Positions 23,451 through 35,640 of a stretch of 64,000 nucleotides of DNA are shown one piece after another. The position numbers and the translations under genes were made by a program. Within the stretch, counting starts at the first letter, position 1; every line of letters begins with the position of its first letter. The DNA lies in the NCBI GenBank assembly GCA_002104905.1, contig MCFE01000224.1:1-64000 (forward strand). The letters run 5' to 3'. Below the pieces are notes generated by a model that saw nothing but the letters and a program-made list of their open reading frames with translations, had not been told where the DNA came from and did no database searches. The DNA comes from Basidiobolus meristosporus CBS 931.73. Its lineage: Eukaryota; Fungi; Basidiobolomycota.

Positions 23451-24452
23451 GAGGTTTTAGGAGAAGGAGAGAAAAGCCTTTAATATCATATGTATTAACA
23501 GGCAGGATTCCTTCAATGGAAAGATTCATGCTTGAAATACTGCCAAAGCAGCATGAGAATTCTTGGAGTAGATCATTAGAGCAATGTCAATATCAAGCAA
23601 GCTTTATTTAAAAAGAAAGTTACTCAATACAAGGAACAAACCAGATGACAACATGCTACAACTCCTCACCTGAATGGAGACACTTGCAGAAGAGCTTTGC
23701 AGTATAAATGCCAGTGTTGATGATGAAGATAAGATACCGTGCTTCCTTTGCAGCTTACAAGACATGTATGAGCCACTCAGACCTTCTTTTAAAAGTAGAG
23801 AAGACAATCTGACTATAGACTATGTCAAAGGAAGACTTCTTCATGAAGAACTCAGACGCAATGATGAAGCAGGGAAAATCAAAAATAATTCTTTATTCAG
23901 CTCAGAAAGGCACCCAGAAAGGATGGGAAAGCAACAAAACCAAAGAAAACCAGGTGGCTGTAGCTACTGTACAATATCACATTGCTAGGCAAGAGAATGC
24001 AACAAGAAACAAGCAGATTTAAAATAGAAACTACATCAGCTTAACCATAAATGAACTGATCAACAGGTATTTGTAACTGTACAAGAGAGTGCAAGTACCC
24101 AAAGTAACTAGATGTATATTGACTCTGGAGTATCACTGCATATTTGTGGTATAAAGGAGTGACTCAGCAAATTAAAGACTATTCCCATACAAAAGGTTTA
24201 GCTGGGAGACAACTCTGTACTGGAAGATACTGCCAGTGGGTCTATAGATCTATGTATGAGTGATATCTCAGGGGCTACAACAGCTAAACTGACTGATGTA
24301 CTCTACATACCAGGAATAGCTAAGAACCTACTCTCAGTCAGTAAAGCAACTGCTCAGGGACTGAAACTTGCTTTTACAAAGCTGAACTGCTCAATATTGA
24401 GTGAAAATTGACAAGTTCAGCAGCTTGAGGATATTTCAGTAAGAAAGGTTTA

Positions 24453-24819
24453 GGTTAAAATATTGGACTACATGGTATCATTCAGCAGCCAAAAGTTTAC
24501 TTGGCAATTCTGGACTAGTCTTAGGCATTGTAGGACTAAGATAGAGCCCTAACCTTGCTACTTTCTTCAGATCTATGATCCTATGCCAATTCCCCTATAT
24601 TCAAGATCAAATTAGCACTTTTACCAAACATTATACACTAACCCTGAAGCTTTGACAAAATGCTCTTGAGTGTTGAGAAGCTCTCCTTACTTAGTATTAC
24701 AGTTGCAGTACTTCTACAGACATACAAATACTGAGCCTCTCTATGAGTAAACATTAGTCCAGCTATTGTCATTACTTCTTCATAGCTTACTAAATCCAAA
24801 CACTTCTTAAATTGCAATA
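24453..24819 (+). repeat. Degenerate copia family 1 LTR followed by a PBS-like GATTATGAGCC
   Basis: Aligns to the reverse complement of 23082-23450. Confidence 0.75.
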
Positions 24820-24834
24820 GATTATGAGCCTAAG

Positions 24835-25050
24835 AGTGCCATGAAATTCTTGTCAAAAGGTCACCAACACACTGTCAAGCTTTTAACTTTGTGTTGCTGT
24901 AAACTCAGCAAAATGCAATCAAAATCCTGTCAGAAGAATGTGTTGAGAGTCAAAAACTTCAAGCTGCTGGTATTGTGACAGCCTCTTTGTAGGATCCTGA
25001 TGGTTGGTCAGAATCAGATACATCCACAGGACCAAGTTATTTATTATAGT
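24835..25050 (+). repeat. Fragment of the CACTA transposase-side terminus
   Basis: Similar to ~51090-51298 and ~36540-36720. Confidence 0.5.
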
Positions 25051-25196
25051 GTAAGTGTAAACCACATAAAGTTTGAGCCAAATCAAAGTACAGCTTCTGG
25101 ACTACTAACCTCTAAACAGGCACATACCCCCTTCAATTGGCTCATTTCACCTACCTCAACTTCATGCCTTTGCAGTGAGATGCATGCAAAGCTACT

Positions 25197-25765
25197 AGAC
25201 CTGTTTTGATGAAGAGTGCCACATTGAGCCATGAGTGCCCAGTGATGCCATAGTGTCCCAGAGAGGCATAGCAGACATATATATGGCAACAGAGTGCACA
25301 ATATAGTTTTACATCTTTATACAAGGTAGCTCTTGGGCTTCATCTGTAGGGCTGGAGGATATCCAATTTTTGACTTTTTTTTTGATCAATGTTGTGCATG
25401 AGGTGTTTGTGTGCAGAAGGACCAAGGTAACTCATTCCATACTCAATACCTGTGACTCTCAAAATCCAGCTGTATAGGCTTATGATATGCTACAAAAATG
25501 CAAGGCACTTTCTTGGTTTATTGGCACTATTTAGCACTATGCTTAAGTATTAGTCCCAGAGTAAAACCCATACAATACTCCATAGTGCCAGACAGTACCA
25601 GTGGACCAAAATGGTGCCATGCATTGTGCAACATCTTATAAGCCTTTGCAGAAAGAATTAGAGCTCCATGGACATTGGGTATTGCATCATGACTTAAGCC
25701 CTTCTGCACCCTCATGCATCAAGAACAACATTGATCCAAAGAAGGGACACAAATTGAATTCTCTT
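25197..25765. mobile_element. Foldback MITE (left arm, spacer and partial right arm)
   Basis: ACT then AGACCTGTTT; homologous to 39395-40127. Confidence 0.7.
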
Positions 25766-25769
25766 CATT

Positions 25770-26560
25770 CTGATGCTATTAGGATCTCTATTTCACCAAC
25801 AAGACCTTCTGGAACACCATGATTATTAATCCCTCAACAATAAGTCATCATCCCTTTTATTATATACCAACTTGTTGATTAGTGTGATTACTGCTACTGG
25901 CTGCTACCTGAACTTCCAGCCTCAGACCACAGGACTCTCCCAGGAAACCATGCCGACAGTCAACTGACCTTGGAGGCACTACTTGTGAGGAATACTCAGA
26001 GTAGGTATCTTTTATTGTATTTGATACTATCCCAAATCTGATTTTGTACAGACAAAGATACTTTTCTGACTTTGGATCTATTGACCACAGCTGCATTCTT
26101 GTCAGGTTCCTGCTGGCGGAGGTTACAGTTGCTTTGACTTTGGAAGCATTTTACACTGTCATCTCAGAGGATGCTGAGCACAGCCCATACTTTTGTTGAG
26201 ATGCCAACCAGGCTGGGGATTCTAGCTTAATAGTTCTCACTTGGCACACTTGTAGCTTTATTCCCCATCACATTAGATTAGAGACAGAACCCAAGTATTC
26301 CTAGCAAGCTTTTGCCAGAGTTCAATGTGCCCAGTGAGCACCCCACACTCATAACACTTGAGAAGAGTTGGACACATCTCTCCCTTGGACTTTTACACTA
26401 CCACAATGACAAAAGTACTGGAAGCCCACATAGAAATGCAGCAGATCCCATTTTGAAAGCCTTGCATATCTGCTTAGAACTATTGAAGTAACTGAGAGGT
26501 TTAATGGATTATTTAAGAAAGTGCTGACCAAGAATGAATTATGATCCACTGCTTGAATAT
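25770..26560 (-). repeat. LINE-ORF1-like CCHC relic, second copy
   Basis: HFYVGFQYFCHCG...CPTLLKCYECGVLTGH; homologous to 3715-4395. Confidence 0.5.
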
Positions 26561-26689
26561 TTAAGCTTGATCAGTTTTAGCCAAGACAATTAGTTTATGT
26601 GCTGCCAATAAGTATAACAGCATTGTCTATCAGAAACCCTCTGGATGAAACACAAAGCCTCCCTAAAGACATGAGAAAATGAATAATGG

Positions 26690-29330
26690 AAGAATGCTAT
26701 GCAGCAAATCCTGGCCCAACAGCAACAGTTACTCCAGATTTTCAGCCAGCAGCAACAAGGAATGACTACCATGGCCCAGTACCAGCAAAGCCCTGTCAAA
26801 AGCAACTTAGATGTGAAGGTCAGCCAGTGCCATAGTAGTGTCAATGAGAACCTGGGAACCTGGCTCTTTCAGATTGAAGAAGTTATTAAGGCAGAAGAAA
26901 TTGCCCCAGAAAACAAGTTATATTATACAACCTCTCACCTAACAAATGCAGCTTTACAGCAATATCACACCAAGATCAGGTCATTGACTTTGATGGGATG
27001 CTCCACTATCTCTACCCAGGATGAGTTTGTGTTGGAAATTCAAGATGCCTTGGAGCCTCCCCACCAGCAGACACTACTGAGAAGGAAGTCAAAGACATCA
27101 GACAGAAAAGAATGGTTCACAAGTACATCTATGAGACCATATTCAGCAAGATTGACCACATATCAGGATATAGCCAAGTTAAGGTGAAACTGAAGACATC
27201 ACTAAGATAGCATTGAGGACCAGATATGGACACTTTAGTACTTAGTCATGAGTTTTGGCCCAACAATGCACCTGCAACATTCATGACCTTAACAAAAGCT
27301 GTCTTCCAGGAGTACTTAAGCAAATTTGTGGTAATCCACCTAGATGACACACTGATATACAGCAAGTCAGCGGAGGACCACTTAGTGCACATTGAGAGAG
27401 TCTTAAAGAAGCTACAAGAGAACTAGCCATATGGAAAGCTAGAAAAGTGTGAATTCTTGAAGGAACATGTTGAAAACCTGGGACACATAGTGACTAGCAC
27501 ATGAGTACTCTTAGACCCCACAATGGTTGGAGTCATCAAGATCCTGCCGCAGCACCATAACATATCTGAACTGATATCATTCTTTGGAGTAGTTTCATAC
27601 TTTGGACAATTATCATGTCCTTTGCAAGTACTTCACCCCCATGAGTTAATATCCTTACAAAGTACAATGCCTTCAAGTGGGACATAGCCTGTGAGACTAC
27701 CTCCCAGATGCTCAAGAATGAACTTGCTAAGCTGCCAAGCTTAAGAATGACTAACTTCATAAAGAGCTTACTCTGCGCACAAATGGTCAGGTTATGCAAT
27801 TGGTAGAGTACTGAGCCAAGAACGTGATGCAGGAGCTTAGCTGAATAGAACTATCCAGTATATGTGAGGAGAAGCTAGTAATAATACTTTACTTGAAAAC
27901 CTGGAGATGCTATATTGTGAGAGTCAAATGCACTGTGAAGACTGATCATGACTCATATAGGTACATATCTACTCAGAAGGTGCTACCCAGGATAATGATA
28001 GGATGTAATGAATACATTCAGCAATTTCACTTGGTGGTTGTCTACTGCCCTGGGAAAAACAACATTGTGGCCAATGCCATAACAAGACTAGAAAAAGTGG
28101 CACAACTCAAATTAATGCATAAATTAGATTAGGGTAGCTTTTTAATAAAGTACTTGGAGGACCAACCCATCCTTAACAAGGTGGTTGACAAGATCAAGAA
28201 GAAAATATGAGATGAAGCCAGCAAATTTGAAGTCAAGATAAAACACTCTGAAAAATTGTTGATGGAAGCCCTATTACCTACTGCCTTTATGTTGCTTGCC
28301 TAGCTTTATACATAAGCTTCACAATTAATATGGACACCTTGGAATTAGAGGAGCCTATGGCCTTGTAAATGCCAGAGCATGGTTGTATAGAATGAAACAA
28401 GATATTGCAAACTGGTGAAAATTATGCCAAATCTGCCAAATTAACCAAGGCCAACCTCAGAGATTGCTGAGCTCCTTCCTTTGGAGCCTGCAAGACCACT
28501 TGAGAGATGGGGAATTAACTATATTGCATGACTGCAATCCACCAGGAAGTTAAAATGCTTAATCTTAGTAGCAACTGTCCATGCAACAAAATGGCCAGTT
28601 GCTAAAGCTGTACCTATTGCCAGTAAACAAGTAGTTGCATTTTCATCTACCATGAGATCCTTATAAAGTTAGAATGACCGGTAAAAGTGTTGCCTGATAG
28701 AGGAGCAAACTTTATGGCAAAGACATTGCAAGCTTATCTGGAAATGGAGCAGATGATACAATTAAAAACCTTAACATATCACCCAACAACTAATGGAGTC
28801 TCTGAGAGACTTAATGAATTATTTAGAAAAATGCTGACTAAGTATACAAATGGTGCTGTAAGTACATGAGATGAGTCAACCTACTAAGCACTTTTAGCAT
28901 GCAGAGTTAGAGTACACAAAACCACCCAATAATTGCTGTTTACTTGGTGTATGGATGTTGACCAAGGATTCTAGGAGATTTAACACAGCCAGATCTTACA
29001 GACACCTTAGAAGATGCACTCAGTCTGCCAAGTAGCCACCAGCAGCTGGAACATAGATTTCAACAGGCACAGGCCAAAGTATTGCAAAGTGCAGAAAAGA
29101 TAAATCAAAGATTTTGTTAGAATATATCATTAGAAGCATTGACAATTGGGAGCTTTGTATTGTTGGGAAACAACTTTGGGAAGAGGTTTGAGCCACAATG
29201 GATAGGAACATTTCAGATTGTCAGAGAATGTCCATTTGCAACTTACCAACTAATGGTCAAACAAGGGAAAACATCTGGGAAGATTTAATACATGGAGACT
29301 GACTCAGGCTTGCAGGGCTTGCAGGCAATT
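26690..29330 (+). mobile_element. Degenerate Ty3/gypsy internal region (gag, RT, RNase H, integrase)
   Basis: WLFQIEE gag; NAPATF..FVVIHLDDTLIYSK RT; VKTDHDS RH; DRGANF..YHPTTNG.SER integrase; EPQWIGTF GPY/F-like motif. Confidence 0.85.
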
Positions 29331-29384
29331 TTTAGTAATCAAGATATTGGTATCACAAGAAAAGATACTCATAATTAGGTGAAT

Positions 29385-29510
29385 AGATCCCCAAGTTGTA
29401 GCTTATTGTACAGAGTTGTCTCTCAGATAAGTCTTTCTTACAGTAATAGTACTTAAGTTGCTGAACCACTGCAATATACTGCAAATATGCTGTGATGCTC
29501 CAGAGTCAAT
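29385..29510 (-). pseudogene. copia family 1 protease fragment
   Basis: IDSGASQHIC...VRKTYL; homologous to ~22110-22205. Confidence 0.7.
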
Positions 29511-29880
29511 AGACTTGTCTTGTTGGATAGTGCCACATTGAGCCATGAGTGCCAAATGATGCCATAGTGTGCCAGAGAGGCCAAGTGAACCAATACTTGG
29601 CCACAGAGTGTGAAGCATAGCTTTGCATCTTCATGCAAAGCAGCCCCTGTGTTTCACCCACTGTGTTGGAGAAATACCATTTTTTGACCTAATTTTTTAA
29701 GTCATTGTTGTGCAGGACATGTAGAACACAAAAGGATTGAAGATATGCATCTGGTACTCAGTACCCATGGCACTCTAAATCTAGCTCCTGTGGCTTGTAA
29801 CATGTGACAAAAATACATGGCACTATCTTAGTCCATTGACACTATCTGGCACTATATTTAATTATTAGCCCTAAACTAAG
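29511..29880. mobile_element. Foldback MITE left arm
   Basis: AAT then AGACTTGTC; homologous to 39395-39790. Confidence 0.7.
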
Positions 29881-29899
29881 ATCTATCCAAAGCACTTAC

Positions 29900-30240
29900 A
29901 GAGGAATAGGAAGTTTAGCTAGTATTGTATTCACTAAAACTTGAACTGATCTTTATTGAGATTCCAGCAGCTCCTTATATACATTTTGCCAGATCAATTG
30001 CTGACTAATTGTATTTCCTAATGTAGGCTGTGGCTGATGACTCATTTATGGCATCATCATCACCCAATAAGATCCTACCTAATATATCCATTCCTGTCTG
30101 ATAAGAATCTGCTGAATCATTTGCTGACTAATGCTAATGTTTTGATAGATACTACTGATTTACAAATAACCTAAGCATATAACTAATTGATTTGACTAAA
30201 AACTGATTTAACTTAAACATTCAAGCAGCAGATCATAACA
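29900..30240 (-). repeat. Gypsy-family LTR copy
   Basis: Direct repeat of ~30435-30760, ending GATCATAACA. Confidence 0.65.
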
Positions 30241-30404
30241 ATGGCTTGACTCAGACAATAGGGGAATAATCATAGAGTCATATAGTGGAAAGAAAGGGGC
30301 AGAGTTAGGGCTATAGATGAGACCTCCAGTTACTAAGACTTGTTCAGAATTACAAAGTACAGTTTGGTGGCTGAATACTACCAGCTAGTCCAACTGCTGC
30401 AAGT

Positions 30405-30760
30405 CTTACTGAAGGAATGTTAGCGTAATACAGAGTCCTGCTAGTATTATATGGACTAAAACTTGAGCTGATTTTTATTGAGGTTCCAGCAGCTCCTTGT
30501 ATACAATCTGCCAGATCAATTGCTGACTAATTGTATTTGCTAATGTATGTTGATGCTGATAACTCATTTGATTGCATCATCACTACCTAATTGTGTCTTA
30601 CTTAGTATATATATTTCTGTCTGATAAGAATCTGCTGATTCATCTTCTGACTAATATTACTGATTTGATAGATAACACCAACATACTAATAGGCCAAATA
30701 TAGAGCTAATTGAGTTAACTAAAAACTAAACTAACTTAAATATGCAAGCAGTAGATCATG
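30405..30760 (-). repeat. 3' LTR of the minus-strand gypsy element
   Basis: On the minus strand TGTCATGATC is preceded by the purine tract GCAAGGGAGAA. Confidence 0.7.
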
Positions 30761-30769
30761 ACATTCTCC

Positions 30770-32760
30770 CTTGCAAAGTTCAGAGGTTTCTCTTGAATCT
30801 CTTTTGTTGGAAACCAGTATCTTCATGGTTCAGTGTTGTCAGTTAGTCTTGAAAGCTTGAGTCTGTCATTATGACCTATATGTTGGTGGATGTTCCCTAT
30901 TTGCACAATAATTTGCAAGTTGCAAATGGACATCTTGGATGATCTTAAAAGGTCTTGTCCATTGTGGCTCAAACTTCTTACAAGTGTTGTTTCTCAGAGA
31001 TCAGAAGCTCCCAACTGTCAATGCTTCTGGTGAAATAATCTTATCAAAACTCTGATTTGTTTTTTCTGCACTTTGAGATGCTTTAGCCTGTGCCTCTTGT
31101 CATATTTATACCAGTTGCTGATGTCTACTTGGCAGACTAAGCTCATGTTGTAGAGTATCTGTAAGCTTTTGTTGTGTGAGATCTCCTGGAATCCTTGATT
31201 CACATCCATACACTGAGTAAAATGGCAATTGTTGTGTGGTGTTGTGCACTCTAACTCTGCAGGCAAACAGTGCTTGGTGTATGTATTGTCCCATTTACAG
31301 ACAGCACTATTTGCATACTTGGTTAATATTTTTTCAAATAACTCATCAAACTGCTCAATGACTTCATTAGTTTTAGGGTGATATGCCAAGCTTTTCATTT
31401 ATTTCATCTGCTCTATTGGCAGGTAAGCTTCTAACATCTTTGCCATAAAGTTTGCTCCTCAATCAGACAAAACCTCCACATGGCATTCAATCTTTTGAAG
31501 GATCTCATGGTAGACAAAACTTACAACTTCTTGTTTACTGGCTATAGGCATAGCTTTAGCAACAGCAATTTAGTGGCATGGTCAAATGCTACTAGAATCC
31601 AGTGGCTGCATTTCTTATTGGTTGGTAGTCCTCCAATAAAGTTAATATCCTATCTCTAAAGTGATCTGACAGGCACCTACAGGAAGAATCAAGCAATTCT
31701 CTGAGGTTAGCCTTGGTTAAGCTGGCAGTTTGGGCAAGCTGTCACCAGCTTCTCAATATCTTGTATTATTCTGGCCCACTATGCTCTGGCTTTCACAAAA
31801 CTATTGGCTCCTTCAATTCCAAGATGTCCATATTGATTCAGTAGCTTAAGTGTTAAATGCAGATAAGTAACATGAGAGCAATAGGGCTTTCATCATTTAT
31901 ATGAAAGAATGCTTGATCATGTGCAAAATATTTGCTGGCTTCAACCTAGACTATTCTCCTGATCTCTTTATCCTCCTTGTTAAGAACGGTTTGGTCCTAT
32001 AAGTATGTTGGTAGTAAGCTAGGACAGTTTGATTTATGCACAAGGTTGAGTTGTGCAACTTGTTCTAGTCTTGTTAAGCATCAGCAACTGTGTTGTTTTT
32101 CCCAGGGCAGTAGACAATCTCCTAGTAAAATTGCTGAATGTACTCATTTCATCCTGTCATTACTCTGGATAGTACTATCTGAGTAAATATACACTTGAGT
32201 GGGCATGCACAGTCTTTGCATTACATTTGAATCCTTCAATATAGCATCTCTATTTTTCAAGCAGTGTACTATGGTAAGCATCTCCTTCTCATACCTGGTA
32301 TAGTTTGCCCTGCTGTGTTGTATTTTTGGATTCAAAAGCAACTGGGCAGTCCTTTCCCTCATGTTATGGGTTCAGTACTCCACTAATTGCATAATCTGAA
32401 GTATCTGTGCATAGAGTAAACTCTTTTCTGAAGTCTGGTAATCCAAAGCTTGGCAGCTTAGCAAGTCCACTCTTGAGAATCTGAAAGAGAGTCTCACAGG
32501 CTATGTCCCACTTCAAGATGTTGCTTTCTTGAGGATATCAGTTAATGGGGCTGCAATTCTTGCAAAGGACCTGGAAAATCTCTGATAGTAGTAAACTCCA
32601 CCAAGGAGTAATATGGACTCAGATATGCTATGGGGCTGCTTCATGTTCTTGAGGACGTCACCTTTTGTAGGATCCAGAGTCACTCCATCATCAGTATTGA
32701 TGGCTTTTCTGGGCACAATGGATAGTGTGGCTGTCCAATGTGTGAGATCCAGCAGATTAA
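30770..32760 (-). mobile_element. Degenerate Ty3/gypsy internal region (RT end, RNase H, integrase)
   Basis: YYQRF..SFARIAAPLT, EKEMLTIVHCLK and YHPKTNEVIEQF motifs; homologous to 27500-29330. Confidence 0.85.
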
Positions 32761-32784
32761 CTCCATAACTTATACATATGGTTA

Positions 32785-34300
32785 TTATCTAAACACCAAC
32801 ACTAATAGCATTGTATTCCCACAGAAAGAAGGTACCTATGTTGGCATGAGGTTTTAGCAAAGTTTGTGAGCAATCAGCATTTAACCAGAATATGGAATAT
32901 ATTGCAAAATGAAGGTGCCCAGGATAGACAGTTTCAGGTGGAGGAAAAGTACTCCACCAGGAGCAATATATTTGCATTTCCACAATTTCTGTATATCAAT
33001 TTCTAATTTGCACATGTGGCATTTCAATCTAAATGGGCCCTTTGATATACCAGAAAAATCTCATAGAACTGGCTAAATCTCCCAGTGTAACCACAACTAA
33101 ATCATATGTCACAAGATCCACACAGTATTTGCAAGCATATACAATAATCCAAAAGCAAGGACCAAATGAGATGAATATGTGGTTCCATGATAATTTTAAG
33201 AGTTGGAATCCATTAAATCAGCAGCCAATAATAAGCTGATTTTATCATTTGATTTATAACTTACAACTTGCGGTATAAGTAATTAGTAGCTACTTGCCAG
33301 ATTCAGTATAAGAGCTAACTGTGTTTCTTGCTGCCCACAGAGGATGTCTACTTGTGTACTGTGAGGCTGGTATAAGATAAATTGAGAGTTATTGTCTTTG
33401 GCAACGTGCAAGTGCAGCTGAGATTATACTTTTATTTGCTAACCTTTGCTTAGTCTTTGCATGTTGGATACTTATGCAAGTAGCCTTCTAAAGCAATATC
33501 TATTTAAGCAGACTGAAGATATAGCCATATGTTGACTTAAAACAACTTCATCAAAGCTCACTCAGTGCATATACAACTTTGATTAAGGGAGCTTGTGACA
33601 GATTTCAAGCAGCTGCACTAAAGCATAATGCTATCCAGATTGATCTCTCTTACTACTGTATCCACACTTCACTCCATCTACCATGGTGTGTGCAAAATAG
33701 TAGACTTTGCTTCACCCCTGGAGTTTCCTTTGGAGTGGATGTAGGGAGATAGGAAGGTGATTCATACTAGTAGGTAATGCCATATTCCAGACTCAGCAAA
33801 AATAGCACCTTTATCTGTGGCACAGATGTAATGATTTAAGATCAGGGAAGAGTACTAAAATACCAGGCAAAGATGCAACATGCAAACCCATATTCTAGTG
33901 GCATTAAGAAGCTAAGCAGTCCCTATATGTGGCAAGTCATTCACTGACACATGGTTAGGCTGAATGCAACATGCATCCAATTATTATTAGGATAATTCTA
34001 ACAGAGTCTACTACATTTCTCATGGTTGCAAAGTAATATCCAGAGCTTTCAATACACAACTCACACAAATAAGTGCCAGTGCACATGTGGTATGGGGATT
34101 CATGTCTTGCATGAAGAAGGAATGTAATGAATAAGTATTGCAAAAAATATAAAAGAAATTTAAAAGTGTTCATGGCAGAAGTAGCTACAACCAAGCATAT
34201 AGTTATAAGATGTATATCTTACTATTAGAACAAGGTATATAACTAGCTTGCAAGTATCACACTAAATTACTATAAAGCTGAGGTAATCAAGGTGTCAACT
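32785..34300 (+). pseudogene. Diverged CACTA Tnp2 fragment
   Basis: YCIHTSLHLPWCVQ..EFPLEW and EVATTK blocks; homologous to ~49490-50780. Confidence 0.7.
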
Positions 34301-34309
34301 GTTGTGTGT

Positions 34310-35208
34310 GTTCATGTTGAAATATTTGACTATTTGCTCACATTCAGATGCTAAAAATTTACTTAACAATTTAGAACTAGTCTTAGTCACTGTATGAGTG
34401 ATTTACATCCCTAACTATGCAAGTTTCTTCTGATAATTAATTAAATACTTATTCCCCTATATTGCAGATCATGTTGGCACATTTATCAAACATTATGTAC
34501 TAATCCTTAAACCAGTACTGAATGCTCCAAAATGTTGAGAATCCCTCCTTATTTGGTGTTACCACTGTATCACTGCTACAAAGGTATAAATCCTCTCTGG
34601 GATTCTTAAATTGTGGTCTAGCTAGGGGTTTTGTCAACATACCTGCCACCATTTGTCAGCTGGATAGTAAACTAACTCCACTTGGTTACTTTCTACAGCT
34701 TTCCTAACACAGTGGTATTGTATATCTATGTGCTTAGTTCTGGCATGATTAGTAGTATTTGCAGCTAATTAAATACAACTTTGATTTACTTTGTGAATAC
34801 ATATTGGCTCATCTGATTAATGCCTAAGGCTTTGAGTAATTTCTGTAGCCATATAGCCTCCTTACTTGGTTGGCAAGCAGCCATACATTTGGCATCAACT
34901 GTCTAAAGGGCCACAGTTGGTTGTTTCTTGCGATTCCACCCTTGTAGAAGTAATACAGCTGTAACACTAAGCATGGAGGGCTTCTTAACATTCAGGAGCT
35001 TTCTGTAACAGTTCCAGGGCTAGCACAAAATGCTGGGTAAAAAGCGTCAATTTGTTCTTGACTATAGGGGAATAATCATAGGATCATATATCTGAAAAAG
35101 CTGGCAATTTTGGGGCTGCAAATTAGTCCTACAGCAACCAAGACTTGTCTGGAATTTTTATTCAAATTTTTTGCTGCGGAATGATACCCAATAGTCCAAT
35201 ATTTTGAC
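34310..35208. mobile_element. Scrambled copia family 1 pieces (LTR fragment, RNase H fragment on minus, LTR fragment)
   Basis: Homology to 19200-19520 and to both orientations of the 369-bp LTR. Confidence 0.7.
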
Positions 35209-35219
35209 AGATTCAAATA

Positions 35220-35640
35220 ACTTAGTCACCAAGATTGTGATCTACATATCTCAGAGAATACTGATAAAATTCCATCTGAAGAGATATTTGCAGTGTTCTC
35301 ACTTAAGCATTGGGTACTCAGACATGTAGGTTTTTTAAGTTGTCTAAATACCATCAATCCTGGCATACAGGTTCCGGAACCTTCCTGAGCATATTCAACA
35401 TGATTGTTTTACAATGGCCATGCAAAATATATTCAACACTCTTACAATGAATAAATTATTTAGTGAAAACCATTGAATCTACTTTGTCTCTGAATCACTT
35501 CAGAAGCCCCTAAGTCTCCTAGAACACTATTCAACTGCATTGAAATGCTGCTGACAGTGCTTTGAGCTCTTACAAAGCAGCAATCATGTATTTGTTCTTC
35601 TTGTTGGTTGCTACAAGACATGGTCTACTGTTTGTCAAAG
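35220..35640 (-). pseudogene. Possible integrase-core relic
   Basis: Weak GPLT..S..., D...F pattern with many stops. Confidence 0.25.

Larger units (their letters stand above)
18306..24410 (+). mobile_element. Older degenerate copia family 1 copy (5' LTR 18306-18673, gag and protease), split by the young copy
   Basis: Its LTR is the reverse complement of the young LTR; gag homology runs 18690-18763 and resumes at 23451; LFSSERH..GCSYC and IDSG protease motifs. Confidence 0.8.
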
